This document shows, one piece after another, positions 55,201-64,000 of a stretch of 64,000 nt of DNA. The position numbers were made by a program, and so were the translations under genes. Within the stretch, counting starts at the first letter, position 1. Every line of letters starts with the position of its first letter. The notes beneath the pieces are model-generated. The model worked only from the letters and a program-made list of their open reading frames with translations, had not been told where the DNA came from and searched no databases. This stretch comes from Macrostomum lignano (Eukaryota), in NCBI GenBank assembly GCA_002269645.1, contig NIVC01001197.1:119269-183268 (forward strand), written 5' to 3'.

Positions 55201-58200
55201 CTGATACTGACTGACTGTGAAATCGGTTGCGCCATCAATTTGTTTTATTATCTGTGCCTTTCAATAGGCTGCCCTGTGTAATAGCCAGCCTGTGTAATGA
55301 ATGAATAAATTTGCGAGCCTCTTTGGCAGGCAGTGAACGTACACTCGATATTTCAATGCCTTAAAACGGGAACTTTCAAACGCTAACTGCTCTTCGAGTT
55401 CTAAACTTTAAGAGAAGATACTTATCCTGCTGAAAAGATCTTGCAACGCTGAGTTCGAGGATATAAATTGTTTGCTATAAATATAAAGACTAAAAGAGCA
55501 GCATCAAAAAAACTATTTCCATACTTTTAGCTTTATGCAAAGATTGTACTCATTTTTTGGTTCAATGCCCCCAACAGTTCGGCGTTCAATTTCTAACTGC
55601 TACTGCGTATTGAAAAGAGGTCGGTCTCTGTGTACTGGAGGGTTGATTTAGATTGCGCAATCTTTTTGTAAACTTTAACTGAGACTGATACTGACTGACT
55701 AAGAAATCGGTTGCGCAATCAATTGATTCAATTGGTTCAATTTTTATTTGAACACGCAGCTGTGTGTAGCTTTAACCCTAACCCTAACCCTAACAAAAAC
55801 CCTAACCAATGAATCCTGATATTTATTTTTTTTGACGGAGAAAATTTCGATTGAGTCCAGTTTAAAAGAGAGAATTTCGATGGTTTTCAGTTTCACGGAA
55901 AGGATTTCGAAGGAGTCCAGTTTCACGGAGAGGATTTCGATGGTTTTCAGTTGCACGGACAGGATTTCTGCTTCGCGGAGAGGATCTTGATGGATTTGGC
56001 ATCTTCAATCAGTCAGAGAAAAGAGTAAAGAGAAGAATGAAAGCAGAAGAGAGATGAGATGATAGAAAACAGAGTAGAAATAAGTGGAGATATTAGACAT
56101 GACAGATTGGAGAGAAGAGGGGATTTAGGCGGGAACGAAGAGGGAGAGAGAAGAAAAGAGGAGAGAGGAGAGAAAATAGATTAGGGATAAGAGCGTACAG
56201 AGAAAATAGAAGAGAGGGGAGAGTAGAGAAGAAAGAAAGAGTGAGATGAGGGGATGAGGGATGAGAGAGGAGGGGAGACAGGAGAGACAAGAAAGGAGAA
56301 AAGAGGGGAGAAAGGAGAAAGGAGAGAGTAGAGACGAAGGACCAGTTAGAAGATATAAATACGGTAGTAGAGATGAGAGGAGAGATAGGAGAGAGAAGCG
56401 AGAGAAGAAGCGAGAGGAGAAGAGAAAGAGGAGAGAGGAGAGAGATGAAATAGATAAGAGAGTTAAGAGAGGAAAGTAGTGAGGAGAGGAGAGATGAGAG
56501 ATGCGATGATAAGAGATGAGTGAGAACATAAGAGAGAAGAGATTAGAGAAGAGAGGGGAGAAGATAAAAGGAGCAAGGGGAGGAGAAAAGAGAGAATGGA
56601 GAGGATAGAAAAGAGAGAAGAGAAGAGACAGGGAAAAGTGGAAAGGAGGAAAGAAAGATTGGAGACAAGTAAGTGGAGTGTGAGAGCGTATATGAGATAT
56701 GAGAAATAAGAGCAGAGAGGAAAGAAAAGAGAAGAGAGAGAGGGTTAAGAGAGACGTTAGATAAGTGAATAGGGATGACATATAAAAGAGGAGAGAAGAG
56801 GGAGAGATAAGAGAGAAGAGAGAAGACAGGAGACAGAAGTGAAGAGGAGAGATATGAGAGAAGAGATGAGACAAGAGACAGGAGAGGGTACAGACGAAAG
56901 ACGAGGGAGAAAACATAAATAAGGGAGTACGGGTAGAGATGAGATGAGAGAGAGGAGAGAGAAGAGAGTCACGATAATAGCACAGAGTGGAGAGAGTAGA
57001 TATAAGAGACGTGAGAGTCTTTGAGCTATGGTCTTTGAAAGTTTTTCTAAAGAATTTGGAGACGATTTGGAAGATAGGGTTCAAGACATGGAATTTCAGT
57101 TGATGGATATTTCAGGGAATGGAATTCCGGTGATGGAAGTTCTTCCCCTTTCTCCTCCGAAGGAGGAGTTCCACTTATATACTAAAGTTGACGTGTTGTT
57201 TGTCTGTCTGTCTGTCTGTCTGTGTGTCTGTCATTTCGACAACTCCTCCTTGAATAGTGCCAACTCAGCGTTGAAACTTATATGGGAAGATTGGAAATTA
57301 TCCGAGGTCGGCTATAGGCTATTTTAATTCTGAAATTTTAATTTCTAAGATCCTCAAAAAAGCAGAAAACGGCGGTCTTGACCTTTGATAATCTTAATTG
57401 TCCCCTCTTTCTGCTCGGAGCTGAAAATTTGCATGAATTTTAAGTGATTGCGCCATAAAATTTTGCTACCTTGGCAGTGTATTTTCTCTCCAGTGGGGGG
57501 ATGGGGCGTTCTAAATGGCTGCATGTGTACAATCGGACCCTGGCTCACCGGCTGACTTTATAGACAATTGCGCAAAGATTTTTGTGTTCTAATTTTCAAT
57601 AGGCAGCCCTGTGATTTTGTTGAACCTTGAAATTCAATGCATAAACTTGCGGGCCTCTTTAGCAGGCAGTGAACGTACAATTGATATTTCAATGCTTTAA
57701 ATCAGAAAGTTTCAAACGCTAACTGTTGCTCGAGTTTTTAACTTTGAGAGAAAAAATTAATATTGCTGGAAAGAACTTGCAAAGCTGATTTCAGGGATAT
57801 AAATTGTTTGCTTTAAATATGAAAAGAAAAAGCACAGCATTGAAAAAACTATTTCCATACTTTTAACTTTCTGCAAAAATTGTACTCAGTTTTGCGAGAC
57901 GTAATAGATAAAGTTTGGGGGAGGGTTCAACTTCTTACTGCTGCTGTGTATTGGAGGGTTGATTTAGATTGCGCAATGTTTTTGTTAACTTTAACTGAGA
58001 CTGATACTGACTGACTGTGAAATCGGTTGCGCCATCAATTTGTTTTATTATCTGTGCCTTTCAATAGGCTGCCCTGTGTAATAGCCAGCCTGTGTAATGA
58101 ATGAATAAATTTGCGAGCCTCTTTGGCAGGCAGTGAACGTACACGCGATATTTCAATGCCTTAAAACGGGAACTTTCAAACGCTAACTGCTCTTCGAGTT

Positions 58201-61200
58201 CTAAACTTTAAGAGAAGATACTTATACTGCTGAAAAGATCTTGCAACGCTGAGTTCGAGGATATAAATTGTTTGCTATAAATATAAAGACTAAAAGAGCA
58301 GCATCAAAAAAACTATTTCCATACTTTTAGCTTTATGCAAAGATTGTACTCATTTTTTGGTTCAATGCCCCCAACAGTTCGGCGTTCAATTTCTAACTGC
58401 TACTGCGTATTGAAAAGAGGTCGGTCTCTGTGTACTGGAGGGTTGATTTAGATTGCGCAATCTTTTTGTTAACTTTAACTGAGACTGATACTGACTGACT
58501 GAGAAATCGGTTGCGCAATCAATTGATTCAATTGGTTCAATTTTTATTTGAACACGCAGCTGTGTGTAGCTTTAACCCTAACCCTAACCCTAACAATAAC
58601 CCTAACCAATGAATCCTGATATTTATTTTTTTTGACGGAGAAAATTTCGATTGAGTCCAGTTTAAAAGAGAGAATTTCGATGGTTTTCAGTTTCACGGAA
58701 AGGATTTCGAAGGAGTCCAGTTTCACGGAGAGGATTTCGATGGTTTTCAGTTGCACGGACAGGATTTCTGCTTCGCGGAGAGGATCTTGATGGATTTGGC
58801 ATCTTCAATCAGTCAGAGAAAAGAGTAAAGAGAAGAATGAAAGCAGAAGAGAGATGAGATGATAGAAAACAGAGTAGAAATAAGTGGAGATATTAGACAT
58901 GACAGATTGGAGAGAAGAGGGGATTTAGGCGGGAACGAAGAGGGAGAGAGAAGAAAAGAGGAGAGAGGAGAGAAAATAGATTAGGGATAAGAGCGTACAG
59001 AGAAAATAGAAGAGAGGGGAGAGTAGAGGAGAAAGAAAGAGTGAGATGAGGGGATGAGGGATGAGAGAGGAGGGGAGACAGGAGAGACAAGAAAGGAGAA
59101 AAGAGGGGAGAAAGGAGAAAGGAGAGAGTAGAGACGAAGGACCAGTTAGAAGATATAAATACGGTAGTAGAGATGAGAGGAGAGATAGGAGAGAGAAGCG
59201 AGAGAAGAAGCGAGAGGAGAAGAGAAAGAGGAGAGAGGAGAGAGATGAAATAGATAAGAGAGTTAAGAGAGGAAAGTAGTGAGGAGAGGAGAGATGAGAG
59301 ATGCGATGATAAGAGATGAGTGAGAACATAAGAGAGAAGAGAGAAGAGATTAGAGAAGAGAGGGGAGAAGATAAAAGGAGCAAGGGGAGGAGAAAAGAGA
59401 GAATGGAGAGGATAGAAAAGAGAGAAGAGAAGAGACAGGGAAAAGTGGAAAGGAGGAAAGAAAGATTGGAGACAAGTAAGTGGAGTGTGAGAGCGTATAT
59501 GAGATATGAGAAATGAGAGCAGAAAGGAAAGAAAAGAGAAGAGAGAGAGGGTTAAGAGAGACGATAGATAAGTGAATAGGGATGACATATAAAAGAGGAG
59601 AGAAGAGGGAGAGATAAGAGAGAAGAGAGAAGACAGGAGACAGAAGTGAAGAGGAGAGATATGAGAGAAGAGAGGAGACAAGAGACAGGAGAGGGTACAG
59701 ACGAAAGACGAGGGAGAAAACATAAATAAGGGAGTACGGGTAGAGATGAGATGAGAGAGAGGAGAGAGAAGAGAGTCACGATAATAGCACAGAGTGGAGA
59801 GAGTAGATATGAGAGACGTGAGAGTCTTTGAGCTATGGTCTTTGAAAGGTTTTCTAAAGAATTTGGAGACGATTTGGAAGATAGGGTTCAAGACATGGAA
59901 TTTCAGTTGATGGATATTTCAGGGAATAGAATTCCGGTGATGGGAGTTCTTCCCCTTTCTCCTCCGAAGGAGGAGTTCCACTCTATATACTAAAGTTGAC
60001 GTGTTGTTTGTCTGTCTGTGTGTGTGTGTGTGTGTCATTTCGACAACTCCCCCTTGAATAGTGCCAACTCAGCGTTGAAACTTATATGGGAAGATTGGAA
60101 ATTATCCGAGGTCGGCTATAGGCTATTTTAATTCTGAAATTTTAATTTCTAAGATCCTCAAAAAAGCAGAAAACTTGAATCTTGACCTTTGATAATCTTA
60201 ATTGTCCCCCTCTTTCTGCTTGGAGCTGAAAAATGCATGAATTTTTTGTGATTGCGCCACAACTTTTCCCTATCTCTGTACTGTATTTTCTCTCCAGTGG
60301 GGGGTGGGAGCGTTCTCAGTGGCTGCGTGTGTACACTTGGACCCTGGCTCACTGGCTGACTGTAAAGATAATTGCGCAATGATATGGCTACTGATAAGTT
60401 TTCCTGCCTTTCAATGGGCAGTCCTGTGTATTTGTTGGACATTGAAATTCAATGCATCAACTTGCAAGCAGGCAGTGAACGTACACTCGATACTTCAATG
60501 CTATAAATCAGACAGTTTCAAACGCTAACTGTTCCTCGAGTTTTAAACTTTGAGAGGAGAAACTTATATTGCTGGCAAGATCTTGCAACGCTGAGTTCGG
60601 GGATATAAGTTGTTTGCTTTAAATATGAAAAGAAAAAGCACAGCATTTGAAAAACTATTTCCATACTTTTAACTTTGCAAATATTGTACTCAGTTTTGCA
60701 AGACGTAATAGATAAAGTTGGGGGGAGGGTTCAACTTCTCACTGCTGCTGTGTATTGGAGGGTTGATTTAGATTGCGCAATGTTTTTGTTAACTTTACCT
60801 GAGGCTGATACTGACTGACTGTGAAATCGGTTGCGCAATGAATTGATTCAATTAGTTCAATATTTTTATCTGTGCCTTTTAACACGAAGCTGTGCGTAGT
60901 TCTAACCCTAACCCTAACCCTAACCCTAACCCTAATGAATCTGGCGAGTTGAGTTGTTTGACGGAAACAATTCGATTAAGTCAAGTTTAGCGGAGACGAT
61001 TTCAATGTTTAAATTCTGACGGAGAAGAATTTCTGTTTCGTGGAGAGGATTTCGATGATGTTCAGTTTCACGAAAGGATTTCCATGGTGTTCAGTTTCAC
61101 GGAGAGGATTTCGATCATGTTCAGCTTCACGGAGAGGATTTCTGTTTCGCGGAGATAATTTATGATTGATTTCTGTTTATGGAAACAATTTTGATGGATT

Positions 61201-64000
61201 CAGTTTCAAGGAGAGGATTTCGAAGGAGTCCAGTTTCACTGAGAGGATTTCGATGGTTTTTAGTTGCACAGACAGGATTTTTGCTTCGCGGAGAGGATCT
61301 TGATGGATTTGGCATCTTCAATCAGTCAGAGAAGAGAGTAAAGAGAAGACTGAAAAGAGAAGAGAGAAGAGATGATAGAAAACAGAGTATAATTGAGTGG
61401 AGAGATTAGACATGACAGATTGGAGATGATAGGAGAGAGAATAGATGAGGGATAAGAGCGTACAGAGGCAATAGAAGAGAGGGGAGAGTAGAGGAGAAAG
61501 AAAGAGTGAGATGAGGAGATGAGGGATGAGAGAGGAGGGAGAGAGGAGACAGGAGAGTACAGACGAAAGACTAGGGAGAAGATATAAATAAGGTAGTAAA
61601 GATGAGAGGAGAGAGAGGAGAGAGAAGCGAAAGGAGAAGAGAGTGAGGAGAGAGGAGAGAGATGAAAGGAGCAAGGAAAGGAGAAAAGAGAGAATGGAGA
61701 GAATAGAAAAGAGAGAAGAGAAGAGACAGGGGATAGTGAAAAGGAGGAAGAAAGATGGGAGACAAGAAAGTAGTGTCAGAGCGTATATGAAATATGAGAA
61801 ATGAGAGCAGAGAGAAGAGAAAAGAGAAGAGAGAGAGAGGGTTAAGAGAGACGATAGATAAGTGAGTAGAGATGACATATGAGAGAGGAGAGAAGAGGGA
61901 GAGATAAGAGTGAAGAGAGGAGACAGAAGACAGGAGAAGGTACAGACGAAAGACGAGGGAGAAAGATAAATAAGGGAGCAGGGGTAGAGATGAGATGAGA
62001 GAGAGGAATTTGGAGACGATTTGGAAGATAGGGTTAAAGACATGGAATTTCAGTTGATGGATATTTCAGGAATAGAATTCCGTGATGGGAGTTCTTCCCC
62101 TTTCTCCTCCGAAGAGGAGTTCCACTCGTATATACTAAAGTTGACGTGTTGTTTGTCTGTCTGTGTGTGTGTGTGTCATTTCGACAACTCCTCCTTGAAT
62201 AGTGGCAACTCAGCGTTGAAACTTATATGGGAAGATTGGAAATTATCCGAGTCGGCTATAGCTATTTTAATTCTGAAATTTTAATTTCTAAGATCCTCAA
62301 AAAAGCAGAAAACGGCGAATCTTGATCTTTGATAATTTAATTTGTCCCCTCTTTCTGCTCGGAGCTGAAAATTTGCATGAATTTTAAGTGATTGCGCCAT
62401 AAAATTTTGCTACCTTGCAGTGTATTTTCTCTCCATGGGGGATGGGGCGTTCTAAATGGCTGCATGTGTACAATCGGACCCTGGCTCACCGCTGACTTTA
62501 TAGACAATTGCGCAAAGATTTGTGTTCTCAATTTTCAATAGGCAGCCCTGTGTTTTGTTGAACCTTGAAATTCAATGCTAATAAACTTGCGGGCCTCTTT
62601 AGCAGGCAGGCAGACGTACAATTGATATTTCAATGCTTTAAATCAGAAAGTTTCAAACGCAAACTGTTGCTCGAGTTTTTAACTTTGAGAGAAAAAAATT
62701 AATATTGCTCGAAAGAACTTGCAAAGCTGATTTCAGGGATATAAATTGTTTGCTTTAAATATGAAAAGAAAAAGCACAGCATTGAAAAAACTATTTCCAT
62801 ACTTTTAACTTTCTGCAAAAATTGTACTCAGTTTTTGCGAGACGTAATATATAAAGTTGGGGGAGAGTTCAACTTCTCACTGCTGCTGTGTATTGGAGGG
62901 TTGATTTAGATTGCGCAATGTTTTTCTTAACTTAACTGAGACTGATACTGACTGACTGAGAAATCGGTTGCGCAATCAATTGATTCAATTGGTTCAATTT
63001 TTTATTTGAACACGCACTGCAGCTGTGTGTAGCTTAACCCTAACCCTAACCCTAACAATAACCCTAACCAAATGAATCCTGATATTTATTTTTTTTGACG
63101 GAGAAAATTTCGATTGAGTCCAGTTTAAAAGAGAGAATTTCGATGGTTTTCAGTTTCACGGAAAGGATTTCGAAGGAGTCCAGTTTCACGGAGAGGATTT
63201 TGATGGTTTTCAGTTGCACGGACAGGATTTCTGCTTCGCGGAGAGGATCTTGATGGATTTGGCATCTTCAATCAGTCAGAGAAAAGAGTAAAGAGAAGAA
63301 TGAAAGCAGAAGAGAGATGAGATGATAGAAAACAGAGTAGAAAAAGTGGAGATATTAGACATGACAGATTGGAGAGAAGAGGGGATTTAGCGCGGAACGA
63401 AGAGGAGAGAGAGAAAAGAGGAGAGAGAGAGAAAATAGATTAGGGATAAGAGCGTACAGAGAAAATAAAGAGAGGGGAGAGTAGAGGAGAAAGAAAGAGT
63501 GAGATGAGGGATGAGGGATGAGAGAGGGGAGACAGGAGAGACAAGAAAGGAGAAAAGAGGGAGAAAGGAGAAAGGAGACAGTAAGACGAAGGACCAGTTA
63601 GAAGATATAAATACGGTAGTAGAGATGAGAGGAGAGATAGAGAGAGAAGCGAGAGAAGAAGCGAGAGGAGAAGAGAAAGAGGAGAGAGGAGAGAGATGAA
63701 ATAGATAAGAGAGTTAAGAGAGGAAAGTAGTGAGGAGAGGAGATGAGAGATGCATGATAAGAGATGAGTGAGAACATAAGAGAGAAGAGAGAAGAGATTA
63801 GAGAAGAGAGGGAGAAGATAAAAGGAGCAAGGGAGGAGAAAAGAGAGAATGGAGAGGATAGAAAAAGAGAGAAGAGAAGAGACAGGGAAAAGTGGAAAGG
63901 AGGAAAGAAAGATTGGAGACAAGTAAGTGGAGTGTGAGAGCGTATATGAGATATGAGAAATGAGAGCAAGAGGAAAGAAAGAGAAGAAGAGAGAGGGTTA
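52207..64000 (+). repeat. Head-to-tail array of 2.1-2.8 kb Helitron-like non-autonomous units (starts ~52207, 54391, 57176, 59982, 62129)
   Basis: Each unit has a TC/TATATACTAAA start, a (GTCT/GT)n tract, one or two ~400-bp modules, (TAACCC)n, 30-bp CACGGAGAGGATTTCGA repeats and a 0.75-1 kb purine block. Complete units end in a CTCCTCC-GAA-GGAGGAG hairpin (one G missing in unit 4) about 10 nt before the next unit. Confidence 0.85.

Noticed and set aside
53258-63969. Long Leu/Ser-rich, Arg/Glu-rich and 10-aa periodic ORFs (e.g. 56125-57084, 58893-59891, 55744-55956, MVFERFCKEF..)
   Set aside because: These are by-products of purine-rich and 30-bp repeats lacking stops. The frames break differently between units.

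Overview
Repeat-dense animal (invertebrate-type) genomic DNA, not prokaryotic; it has GT-AG introns, interstitial (TAACCC)n and no CRISPR or operons. The host content is a tandem pair of plus-strand genes encoding multi-CUB-domain proteins. Gene 1 has 13 reconstructable exons (9678-40348) encoding about 1040 aa: 7 CUB domains, two duplicated Ser/Thr-rich exons, a TM helix and a short tail with ENPYTV. Its 5' exons are not visible in the window. Gene 2 has a signal-peptide exon and 3 CUB exons (48225-51417) and continues past the window or is interrupted. Gene 1's two giant introns (15.1 and 10.6 kb) hold nested transposons: two mariners, a DD37D element inside a hAT non-autonomous element, a full-length THAP/P element, two hAT remnants, an internally deleted BEL/Pao LTR element, a SINE and MITEs. 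The first 5 kb contains a >=1136-bp inverted duplication and ends in a CACTA-like terminus that cuts an EnSpm/CMC transposase. Between the genes are a LINE RT remnant and a Penelope-like element with inverted pLTRs, each carrying a hammerhead ribozyme. From 52.2 kb to the end is a head-to-tail array of 2.1-2.8 kb Helitron-like units. All calls come from manual motif reading; no searches were run.
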